A DNA stretch of 64,000 nt from Eutreptiella sp. 'Long Island Sound 2002' (lineage: Eukaryota > Protista > Euglenida): positions 26,164,001-26,228,000 of the forward strand of contig OZ038379.1 of the NCBI GenBank assembly GCA_964036045.1, read 5' to 3'. This document shows positions 38,100 to 49,760 of the stretch, piece by piece. The position numbers were made by a program, and so were the translations under genes. Under the pieces are notes generated by a model, which saw only the letters and a program-made list of their open reading frames with translations, had not been told where the DNA came from and made no database searches. Position 1 is the stretch's first letter, and the number at the start of each line of letters is the position of its first letter.

Positions 38100-39900
38100 C
38101 CCTATCCGCTTTTGGTCGTTTGCTGGCTACCAGGTGGCGCGGGCATCTGCCTGCATAATGACGGGGTCGGTGAACTCGAAAATTCTAGATGGGGCATCCG
38201 CTGGGTTGCTTTTTGACGGTACCCAGCCGAGGAAAACTTGAACTCCTGTGCGGCGCACCACAAAGGCGAGACGTCGCAGCTGTCGGGCACGGCAGGGGTT
38301 TCCTCCTGCTCCTGTCATCTGGATCTCTGACCATATTGTTGCCAAGTTGTCAGCGACGATATGTATCACTTTCAGCCCTATGTCCCTGCATCGGTGCTCA
38401 CATCTCCGCTGACTCTTGGGACTGGAGCCAGTCTAGGAGCACCTCGATGCTGCACCCTAGGGCTGTGCCCCAAACTGCACCCAAAAACCCCAGCGGGGAT
38501 CATGCTGCGTCAACATGGCACATCCATTTTGGTTCCCGGGGTGGTTTGGCTCTCCACGGGAGGACACGCTGGGCCATGGCTTCCCCGAAGGAGCACAGGA
38601 CCATCTGTGGGGTGTACGGGGCACAAGGTGGACCCCAAACGGTCCACGCGATGGGGCCCTGCAAGAAAGGTAATACCAACCTGCTGGACTGGCTGCCCAC
38701 AGCACTTTGCCCACCAGTCTGCGCCCCCTTTTTTCGTAATAACCTCCTAGCATGCGAGTCTGAGCCATACGGCAGTCATTTCAGCTAGGTACGCCGGCGA
38801 TTGCTTGATGGTTAGGCGGGTCCCGTCCAGTACCTTTCCCAACCAGGTTAGTGACGTGGAAGGTACCGTCACAAACTTTGGGCTGACAATCCAACCAGCC
38901 TGGATTAGGTCAGTCACCAATTGACTGGTGTCCCATTCCAATACCTTTCTCTCGGTGGATACAAGCAAGATGTCGTCTAAGTATTGGATTATAATCACCT
39001 GCCCTGGGTGGGCCAGCATCGGGTAACGTGCAAGATTCTCAATCGCAATTACAGGGCTATATGACCAGCCAAAACGAAGGCACGGCACAAAAAATGACAT
39101 GCCCCTCACCCTGAGCCGGGTCTTGTCGGACCATTTGGGGGGTAACTTGCAAGCCCAATACATATTCGATGTCGAGCTTTGTGAAAAACAGTTTCAGTTT
39201 CAAATGCATGATGAGAGTAGGGAGTCAAGCTGCGCCAAACAGGGCAGTCTAATGGGAAGGGGTTTGGGGAGTAAAGAGTTTAACTAACGCAGATGAGCAA
39301 TCAGGGCCCCCTTTGTGGCGTTTTTTCGCTGTGCGAAGGCCGTGAAGTGCGATTTATCCGGTGTGCCGCCGTGCCCTAAAAGCCCATCATGAACCATGCG
39401 CGTTGCCATAGCCAAGAGTCCTGGGTCTTTGGATTGACCCTGGTCAGGCAGCAACTGCAGCGCCCATGTGGGGCGCTGTTGTGGGCGCTGAACTGCCCTG
39501 GCATCTTAGTAGGTCTAGCCAAACTTTATCGTGGGGATACGGGGTCTCTCTTGATGGCTGGAAGCCTCTTTTGATCACTCCAAAAAGTTTCTTTTTGGCA
39601 CTTTGCTTGTCGTGCACGGCCTCTGATCCAGCAACCTCCATGTGGCGTCCCTACGATGTGGCTGAGGGGGGGGGGGGGGGGCTCACTTGGGTGGTGGGAA
39701 CCCCGATTGATGTCCTGGATCATGTCACACGCACACACCTAGAGGAGGAGGAGTAAGATCCGCATGATGGGGAGGAGCGGCCGTATGGACCAATGGACCC
39801 CAAAGTGGGGTCAAAGGGCTTGGGACAGGCAGGATCAGTCCCGATCCCGGAGGAACTGTGGAAAAAACACGCCTTGGTGTCACTGGAGTGTAGGCAATGA
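38100..39900 (-). mobile_element. YR-retrotransposon pol remnant B (RT plus RNase H)
   Basis: FTKLDI, PCLRFGWSYSP, QYLDDILLV, LTWLGKVLDG, HIVADNLATI, WVPSKSNPADAPSR; colinear with pol A. Confidence 0.88.
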
Positions 39901-42155
39901 CCTCTGCGCGCCTCTCTAGGGTGGCAGATTGGCTCACCGGAGACCAGGAAAAATGCCACAGCCACCAGATGTGGAACACACACAGAGCACACGTGGAGCG
40001 CATTCAAAGGGCCATTAGGAAGGTGGTGCGCAGCCCTGGCCTCCGGTCAGCGGGCCAGCTCTGTGGGTCCATGCTACTCCATACCAGCTGTCTCCTGAGG
40101 GCTAGGGTCACAGGATTCTAAGGATTCCGAGGATGAATCGGAAGAGGACTCCGAGGATGACCGACTGCCAAGTTTGGTTGGTTCACCCTTTGAACACATG
40201 CACAGTATAAGTCGAACAACCATCTGACGGGCGGGAGCGCGGGGCCCCGGTGTGCGTGTGCACTGTAAATAGATCAGTCTGACAGAGCGTGGGCTCGGGG
40301 GTGAGTGGGTGGGAATTAAAATATACTGCACACTGTGGAGAAGGATGCAGTGAGGCCAAACTAGGGTTTCTGGGGAAACCTGGGTTTGGCTGGTTCTCCG
40401 TATCCCTCTGCCCTTTGAACACATGCACAGTATCAATCGAACAACCATCTCACGGGCGGGAGCGCCGGGCCCCGCCCTGTCACACCCTGTCACCACCGGC
40501 CGCACGCACCAGGCGGCATGGCCGCGGAACGAGAGCTTGCAACGGGATCCACATGAAGTGGAGAAGGGGAAAAGGACCACTGGCAGGGTTCCGGCGCGCT
40601 GAGGGTGGCATTCCACACCTGTGGCGTGAGGGCAGGGATAGAAGTGAAGCTACAGCTGGGCCAACCTGCCAACGGTTGGAGAAACATACTTAAAGGCGTG
40701 CAACCGTCACCACCGCCAAGTGAAAGGGCAGCTTCAAACAGGTGCAATGGAGGGAATCACTTTATATCCCCCCCCCCCCGGTCCTAAAGGCAATGCAAGG
40801 CCGGGGTAGCGGTGTCGCTCAGCGTGATGGGTCCCACGGCGCACACGGCAACGTAGCGAGGACTGGAGACATATGCACGTAGTAGAACAGCAGAAGGAAG
40901 ACGGGAAGGATAACGTCCCAATCGACCTAAGAGCCACTGCACACTGAAAAATATAGACAGATTAGGTTGAGGCCATAGGCTCTCCCGCCACGGCACCGAC
41001 CGGGAGCATTTGGCTGTGCCCGACTGCGGACCGTCTCTGTGTGTGTGTGTGTGTGTGTGTGTAAGTTTGCGTGATGTATGCCCGTCTATCCGCGAGTCCG
41101 TCAGTCCGTCTGGCTGTGTGCGAGCATTGCATGGCTGTTCATCCACCAATCCATCTGGTGGTTAGTATGTGCGCTTCACGGTCCATCTGGTGGCTTGTCT
41201 GTGCGCCTGAAGGTGTGTCATCTGTAGGTTTTCTGCTAGTTGGTATGGCCGCAGCGTGAGTGTGCCGAGGGCTGGCCGTTATATGCTTGATACATGCATA
41301 TCCCGTGGGACAGAGCGGGGCAGTGCGGGTGTCGAGCTGTAGACTGTGGGCACCAGGTTAGACCGTGGAGGAGAGATGCAATGATGCCAAATTGGGTTTT
41401 GGTTGGTGCCCTTGATTCCGCTGCCTTCCAGACACGGCACAGTAAAGTTGAACACCCATCTAACGTGCAGGAGCGTGCGGTCACGTGTCAGGTTGGTTTC
41501 ATACAGGGAGGGAGGGCGGGGTGGGGAGGGGGGGCAGCAAGAAAATTCAGAAATACGGCAGGACTCGGTGGAGGTCACATCCTGCTCGAAGCGAGGTCAG
41601 GGCGCACCGTGCAGTGCGCGGGGGAGGTACAGGTGCAGGAACTGTAAAAGGGCAGTAGTAGAAGAGATGTTGTGCCCACAGGGATCATCATGGCGGCAGA
41701 CCGTAATCTCCGCCGAGCATTGCAAACAGCCCCAATTTTGCTAGACAGGGCGGGCCGCCATATGTGTCTGTCCGCATGTGCACCTGTGCTGCCGCCTGAT
41801 GGTCGCCATGACGTCTGCAATGCTGTGCGCCTGTGTGTCCGCGCAACTATGCACCAGCCCTCAGGTCAGCCGGCAAGAAGGAAGAGCCAATGCAAGGCTG
41901 CCCGCATGGCAGGCAGCGAGTGCAGCGCCAGATCAACGTTGCCTGCCCGGTCAGGGCTAGAAGTGGCCGCCAGCGCAGCGGCCAGAGGCAATGCACGGGC
42001 CTGCCAGGCGCCGGTACGCCAGTCAGCCCAAACTCGACTGTGCGTGCTGGCGTGCAGCGGAAGCAGGCATAAGTAAAGATGACGGGAGGGGGGGGGGCAG
42101 CCAAAACACAGTTCAGCCCCTATGGTGGGCCCACCCCATGTGCTTGGGCGCGTGC

Positions 42156-44652
42156 TAGGGGTAGTGCTTTAGCGCGCAGTATGTGGCTTCTGTGTCAGCC
42201 GCCATGTGGACAAACGAGTCGTAAGTGGACAACCGGGAAGGGCAGTCCGCGGGATTGAAGCGCGAGGCGACCCAGCTGAGGCGCATCCGGATGTGGGACT
42301 AGCAGAGGGTGTGTGCGTTCCGCCTCAGGTGCCGAGCTCGTGCAGGGCTGGCAGTGCTGCTTTTGTTTCTGATGGTTGACCAAATGGCCGACATGTTGTC
42401 GGCGACCAAGTGTAGCTGAGTCAGCCCTTTGTAAGCTGCCGTTTTGGTGGCCATTTCGATTGCAGCGAGCTCAGCCCCTTGCTGGGTGGCGACCCACGGT
42501 AGCAGAGTCCAGATACACATGCCACGGGTAGGGGTCCATAGTGCTGCAGTTCACCGGAAGTCGTCAGACGCCGCATCCACGTACCAGGTGTCCTCAGTTG
42601 GGTTTATAGTGGGTGGTGCCTTCCACGGTGTTACACTCAGGGCGAGTGCCTCCATAAGCCCGCACAACACTGCTCGCAGGGTATACTTGGACTGTTTGGG
42701 GCCCCAGTTGAGCCACGCGAGGGCCCCACTCAGGAAAGGCATGGCTCCACGACTAGGCCGGGAAGCCCACACCAGTGTACCGCACAGCCGGCGCATGGTG
42801 CGTTGGTCAGAGCCCTTCGTGGCTAGCTTAATCCACAAGGCCGTGGTCGTGGCCATGTAGTCAAAAGACTGCATCAGGGAGTAGTGGTTACCGTCCAAGT
42901 GCTTACCCATCCAGGCTATATCGGTGGTGGGCTCCACCTGGGACTTGGTGCTGATGATCCACCCCACAGCGCGAAGCTCATCCGTGAGTAATCCCGTTTT
43001 CAGCCAAAGGCGTTCCGGGTCGGCTGAAATTAGTAATATATCATCCACATACTAGATGAGGATCACTTCCCCCGGAAAGTGCAGGGTGAGGTAAGCCGCC
43101 AGCACTTCGACCGTCCAAAAGGCAGGCTGGGGATGGCGTACGTGATCCCACGTACGTGGAAGCGGAAGCTAGTAGAGCGCTCAAGAGGGTGCAAAACGGA
43201 CCAAAACATGTTGGGGACGTCAAGTTTGGTAAAGTATTCCTTGATGTTACGCGCCTTGAGGAGTTCAAGTAGGGCAGCGAGCTGCGCCATGCTAGGGAGC
43301 TCGAAAGGGCGCGGCGGGTCCCCCATTAGTGCGTTGAGGAGGCAGAGCGCCCCCTTTTCCTGGGACTTGGGCTTGGGGAACGCGCGCATCTTAGCAGTCG
43401 TTCCATGGGGGCAACGAACCAGCAGGCCTTGCTTGTGCATGGCGTGGGAGAGCACAGCCAAGGCTTGGTCATCCGAGTCTCCCAAGTCTGGCGCCACATG
43501 GAGTGCCCGCTTCATGTCCCTCGGGAGGTGCATGTGCCATATCTCGGGGCTAATAGGTATGGAGCCCGCCGTCCCAATACCCTTACTTGCCACATGTAGG
43601 GGCAAAGTGTCGTCGGGCTGCTGCTTGGGGCGGGGGCTGGTGTCGCTAACGGGCGAGATGTTTTCTTCCCGAGGGTCTCGATCAGCTGGTATATTCATTA
43701 TGGCGCATAGGTGGTTAGTAGTCTCCAACCATGTGTTCGTGTCCCACGCCCGATTCATGCAGAGCATGGCCATGTCCCGCAGCAACGGATGGTGCTCATC
43801 AGCGGCCCCTTCATGGACATGCGATGGGCCGCCCTGCTCAAGGCGTCCCGCAGTGCGGCCAAAGCGATCTGTTGGTCCGGCTCGGTCCATTGGTGACAGT
43901 GGCTCGGGTCCCGGGTGCCATTGGAGGAACCTCGTTCCTTTCCGAAGCGCGAGGAGGTCATACCCCCAAAATGGGGCATGGTCTGGCCGTGGCTCAGTGT
44001 CACGGAGTCGCTGGCCAGGTTCTCTACAGTGGGCTGCGTCGGAAACCGGCGGAGGTGCCGGTCGCATCTTGCGTTGTGGGGCCCCTGAAACCCCTGTCGG
44101 TACTTGTGGCCGCTTGTCTGAACGGGCCGGGCCTGGCGGTGCCGTCGGGAGGACGTGGAATGCGGTGGTGGAGTTGGTGGTGTCTCCGTTTGCAGCATGG
44201 AACCTGTCCACTTGATTGTGTGGCTCCTCTAGTGGATAGGCGCGTGGGGGCTGGGCAGGGCGGGCCGCGATGGGCCGGGGGACCGGGCTAATTGTGCGCG
44301 CCGCTTCTGTCGCGCGCAAGCTCGCGTCCGGGTCATCGATGGGCATGTCGTCAGTGCTTGGGGTGTGCACAGGGCCAAGTATGACCTGCATGGATTGTCC
44401 TGCCGATTGGCACGTGTGGTGGGGAAGTTGGGGTGGTGCCGTGGATGGCGGAGTGCTGAAAAGGCGGCGGTCCACGCCTGGCTGGGCTCCTAATTCAGCA
44501 CCCACTGACGAGGTGCGTTGGGCCTCACAAGCGACGTTGCTCGAGGTGGGCACCGGCCCATGGTTCAGGATCAGGCGAGGCATTCCACAGCCACAGACCA
44601 CGTCACATTCATCGACTGCGACTCCACTTCGGACACAGATCAGAGCACGCAA
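42156..44652 (-). pseudogene. pol of element A: Pro-rich N-terminus, DIRS-type RT, RNase H
   Basis: YFTKLDVPNMFW, YAIPSLPFG, YVDDILLI, IAWMGKHLDG, WYVDAASD, ELAAIEMA, LHLVADNMSAI, WVASRFNPADCPSR; several frameshifts. Confidence 0.9.
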
Positions 44653-44989
44653 ACCCCAGATGCATGCCTGCCAGCGCCACCATATGCTGCAGCAGATTCA
44701 CCAAGCATCTGGTCCCTTGTCGCCGCTATTATGCTGTGCAGCGGCAGGCTGCTGACGATCTGTTGTATGATGCGGGGTGCTGTGGTGCATGTTGTTTGTT
44801 GCCTTTTCCGGCACGGTGCCGCTGCATTTTCTGGCGGGTCACCAGTTTGGGACTAGGCCGGAGGGCTCGAATGGCAGTGTGCGTCGAGATCCACCGACTC
44901 CTCCCCTGAGCTGGAGGAATCATCGTCTTGGATGTGCGGGTTGGAGACGACATGGGCTGGCAGGGGTGCCCGGCGTGGTGCCCGGGCCG

Positions 44990-45957
44990 CGTTAGGGGCC
45001 CATGCCAAAGGTCTCACGTGTGGACGATCCCATAGTCAAGGTCTCGCGCCGGGGACCGTGTGAAGCGTGCAGGGAGGGGTAAACAGAGGGTGTCCGCGAG
45101 CGTCCATGTCGGCGGGTGGCGCGCGTAGTGGTGGGCCTGCCGGGGCGATCTCCACTTGGCCCATTGCTGGAGGCCCACAGTGGTTCCCCCAAGCCACATG
45201 TCAGCCGCCGCGGCAAAGCGTTTCCACGGGTGCCAAGTGATGTGGGCACCGGGTGTGCCTTCAAGGAGGTCGCGGAGGCACCTGGACGCAAGTCCATCAC
45301 GAGGGAAGAGTGGGGTGGTTGGCAGCTAGTCTGGCCGTCAGAATCGGTAAATGTACGCCTTCCAGCGGTCGAAGAGCGGGCTGAGCGGCACGGTGACCCA
45401 CTCGGCATGGACCTTTTGGTCCCAGAATGTGAGGAAACTCCGGGTGCTGATGCCGTCCCACGTGAAGCTTCCAATGTCGCCAACCCGAAGGGCGAATACC
45501 GTTGCACAGGGGGCAACAAAGAACGTCCTGGCACATGCCCAGTGGTGCGTGCATTTTCGTTGTTCAAGATCTTGACTTGTGGCCCAAATACGCCGTGGGG
45601 CCAAGTGTGCGGTGCCTTTGTCGATGGCTCGCACTTGTAGCCACATTCCCGCGGTAACCTCCTCCAATAGGAGCTGCAGTTTGGCCAGCATCTGGAATCC
45701 CGCGATGTGTTGCGGGCCACCGATCCGCCTCGTCTACGGTGCCCAAGGAGCAGGAGGCGGCTGTCGATTGCCAGCTGTACGTCGGTGTCGTTGGAGTTGC
45801 CCATGAGCGTCCTGCGGACGGCGCACAAGTATGTGTTGCGTGTGCCATTGGCGAACGCCCTGGTGGCAAAGGCTAGGGTGTCTGCAAGGCTATCGCGGAG
45901 TCCTGCTCTGAGAGCCTCCCGTGCGGCCTCCACTGTGGCTGTCCCTTGGGCAGCCAC
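44990..45957 (-). pseudogene. Tyrosine recombinase of element A
   Basis: AFANGTRNTY (core-binding domain), FALRVGDI (catalytic R), WDQKV (K), WHPWKR (HxxR), WRSPRQAHHYA (W, Y). Confidence 0.85.
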
Positions 45958-46170
45958 TAGGGTTGGGTGGTGCGTGGTGGGGGTTGGGGGGGGCGCGGAT
46001 GTGGCGGTTCAGGCCGAGGGTGGCTGCCCCCCCTGCTGTTGCTTGAGGAGCTGTAGCAGTGTTGCACTCCAATCAGTCCCTTGTGTGCTCGTTTTCGCGG
46101 GCTGGTGTGTGGTAGAGGTAGTGACTGCTCCCGACTGTGGTTGGGGGCATGGGAACTGGGCCCAGTGCAT

Positions 46171-47600
46171 CTACGCACATCTTTTATAAGGGGCCGGCGG
46201 TGGTGCGTTCATGTCATAGGCCTGGGTGTGGTTCACCCACAGGGTGCGGGGCCCCATTTGCTGAACTTGTCCCCCAGGCGACTTCCATGGGCATAAGCGC
46301 GCGATGTGTCCTCGATCCCCACAGTTGAAGAAGACGGTGCCCGCTCCGGTTGCCATCATCTGGGGCTGAGGCTGCATTGGTGCCATCTGTCCTGCTGGGC
46401 TTGGGTGGGCCATTATCGCCGGGGCCGAAGGTCGTCCTTGCCTCTTGGCGCTCAGTTCCTCGTTGGGGACACACCACACAGTGGACGGCAGTGGCTGCTT
46501 GGCCCAAGCACCTGTGGCGTCCTTGAGGGAGAGTTCTTTGATGCATGCCGCCAGTGAGCTCATCCACGCATATCGCAATGCTTCTGTAAGGAAGCGGTCC
46601 ACTGCCGCCCGGGTGAGCGGTGGGATGCGAAATTGGCACATCGGCTCAACCTCCAAAATCTGACAGCCACAATTTCGCGCATCCAGCCTTGGTCTGTGGC
46701 GTTGTCCCCCGTCGTCGAGCCCGTAGCCTCCACGGATGGGATGCCTTTGAAGCGGAGCTCCTGGAGGTCTGGTCGGAGGCTTTCGCGGGCGGCATATGCG
46801 CCTAGGGCACGCACTGTTGCTGTCGTATCAAGGTCTAGGCCCGCGGTTGCTATGAGCGCTGCGAGCTATTCCCTTGTGGCCTCTACCTCCATCAGAAATT
46901 CTTCAAAGTCGACTTCCCAGTTGTCCAAGTCCTGCGCATATGTGCTTCGCCCCGCAATGGCGGCGTACGGCCCCGCGACCCAGGGTGCCCATTCCACCAC
47001 AATCAGGTGTGGCTGTGCGGGTGCTCCCTCCGGGCCCGGGGCTGTGGTTCCCTCCTCGGTGGTCCTGCTGGGAACGTGGCGGAAAACCCCGGCGATGAAG
47101 CCGGGCTGCAGGTGGCGGCGTCCTTTGTAGGCTGCCATGGCACACGTCGCCTCCTCCGTGCCGAGGGCCAAGCCCGCCCGTGTTGTCATGGCCGCCACTG
47201 CCCCATCTGGCACCTCTTGTTCTATGAGGGTCTCGAGGAAGCTGAGTTCCCACTCGTCGAGTTGCTGTTCAAAATGGGCACGTGGTATGGCCCATGCACC
47301 CATTTTGGACATGCGAGGAGTGATGAGTTGGGCGCCGTGGTAACGCCGGGGGCACCCACTGCAGGTGTCATGGTGGTGTCACCCTTTGTGGCGTTGCCCT
47401 TAGCCGGCATTCCGCCACGCAGGCGGCCGAGGAGTAGATCCCTCCCCGACACCATAGGCCGCCAAGGTGCAGGCATCATATGCCAACTGGTTGCCGGCGA
47501 ACACCAACCGCTGCATCTCGGCCGCGGCACGTTGCCCACCACTGATCTGTGCCTTGAGGTGGCGCACGCGGATGCCCCATGAGCGGACGCAGACCGTCAT
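46171..47600 (-). pseudogene. gag-like ORF of element A with a degenerate CCHC knuckle
   Basis: FFNCGDRGHIARLCP near 46292-46333 (Cx2Cx4Hx4C, first C mutated to F); Gln/Pro-rich flanks. Confidence 0.7.
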
Positions 47601-48919
47601 GGTACGCCCGCCTCCGTCCACACAAAGATTTGGTGTGCGGGTGCGCAGCTGGCACCGTGGGGTGCTGTGGTTTCCGGCCACGTCGCGGGACTTGATGGTT
47701 CCGTGGTCACTGCGTTGTCTCCGGCGTCGTCATGGTTGAAGGGTGTGCGTCCCTAGTTCCCACGGTTAGCGCTCAGCTGGGCGCGTCTCGTGCAGGGTGT
47801 GGCAAGGAGCTACTTCCATAGTCGGGTCCGCGGGGCCCATTGGGTACCAATGTGGTTGATTGCAGTGGCCCGTTGGGCCAATGTTAATACCCCCTGTCCC
47901 CCTTGCAAACTCCCGGGTTAGCGCGCGACGATCTCCCAGGTAGGGGGGGAGAAGGTCGCCAAGTGACGGTCTCCCGGGTGGGGGGGGGGGGGATTGCAAG
48001 GGTATTTCAAGGCAAACTGTGGTACCCTCCACTAATGCAAGCAAAGAGAACACGTGTGAAGCGACTTTCGCGTTGATGCCAATGTGCTTCATCCAACACA
48101 AATGTTATTGCGGATCCAAAAGAACGGTAAAGAACTTCTGGGTACCAGAATAACACACTGTACTGAATGTGGCAAAATTGCGGCCCATTTGGCGAAGGCC
48201 CAACAACAGTGGCCAACACATGTGCAACAAGTGTGTGTGAGTGGTACCGTACATGGTCACCGGGAGAAAACATCTTGGGTCTGAAGTAGCAACACAACAC
48301 ACCCATATAACGCCTTTGGAGAGATAATATCACAGAACACACACATGTGCTTGATTTGAAGTAATGGGAAAGCAATACAAGGCCATGCGTAAAGCAGATG
48401 GGCAACACAAACCAGCACAATACATGTTAACCAGAAAAACATGGAAATGACGGTCTCCTGGGTGGGGGGGGGGGGGGGGGGCAAGGTGGCGGAGTTTGCA
48501 GGGGGGGGGGGTACATAAAGCACGTCAGGATATAGCATTTGTTGTCCACCTGGGGGGCTCAGGGTGACAGCGCTGAGGTCGGGGGCGGATATGGTATATC
48601 GGCAGGCGGTCTCAGATCCGTTGGTGTGGGCGTTATCGTTGGCGTTGGCATTCTCACCACGTCCAGCGGCCCGGGCGTTATTGCCGTTGCTGCCATAATC
48701 GTCACAGGTTAGGGTTAGGGTTAGGGTTGGTGTCCGGGGGTGCACTAGCGGGGCTGCCATTTCCATCAGAGTTGGTGGTCGTGGTATCCTTGTCAGCGTC
48801 ATCATCTTCGCTTGTCTCGGTAGTATGGATGTCACTGCTGGTGTTGCCATTTCCCTCGAATTTGCTGTGCCAAAGGCCAGTGCTGGTGCTGCCACGCGCG
48901 CTGGGACTGATGTCCATGG

Positions 48920-49760
48920 GTGCCGTTGTGGGCGGTCAGCTCTGCATTGGCCGCCAGGGTGGTGGCAGAATACATGCCCCGTTTGTACGGCGCTGCACCA
49001 ACTGTCAAGGGAGACTTGGCAACCAGAGGGTTGCTATTGGCAATGTGCATTCTGGAGAAACTCCAACTCCTCCCTCCCACAGACCCTGCACCCTGCACCC
49101 TGCACCGGATGCATGTTGAAGGCATCCGGCGCATCACTGCCCCCAACACCTCCCCCCGTACCTTTGCCGAAACGAGCGACCTCGACATTTTGGGGAGATA
49201 CAGGGACCACTGGAGCGGGACACAACTGTTTTTCCCGTCCACATGTGCTATCTTTTTCTGCATGCGGTCAAGTGACTCCGAAAGCGTCACCTGGAGGTGC
49301 ATCGGGAAGGGGGGGTGGCTGGTATTCTTCGATGAGAAAGTCAATAAGGAGTGGGTCGCCTACCCCCTCTCCCCATTCCTTGAGGGCCGGAGAAAATATG
49401 TGTATGCATGCAAACATCCAGGCACCTCTAATGACATTCTAGTTATGCCAGGTGGCAGAAACGCCCTTAGGGAGGCCCTTAAGGCCAGTTTTCAGAGGCG
49501 CAGTAGACCTACCCTTATGTGGCACCCCTGGGGACGCCTGGGTGCTGCAGCGTTTGTCCGTCTGGGTGCGTCCATCGCTAACCTCATGGCGTGGGCGAGA
49601 TGGCGTAGCAAGCGATAGGCACGCCACTACGCCAAGCACCAGCCCCGCTAATCCTTCAGACACACGGTCACCCTGCCCCACCCCAAACAGTGAACCGGGT
49701 CCATGGCAGAGGACATCGAATACAGATAGGTCAAGGTCAAAGAGTTATGGCTAAATGATG
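48920..49760 (+). pseudogene. Tyrosine recombinase remnant C (paralogue of A, opposite strand)
   Basis: FFCMRSSD, FFDEKVNKEWVAYPL, WHPWGRLGAAA, WARWRSKR*ARHYAK; the C-terminal tail is homologous to that of A. Confidence 0.85.

Larger units (their letters stand above)
42156..47600 (-). mobile_element. Tyrosine-recombinase retrotransposon A, near complete, order gag-YR-RT/RNaseH (VIPER/TATE-like)
   Basis: Three consecutive minus-strand coding regions, listed separately; termini not defined. Confidence 0.85.
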
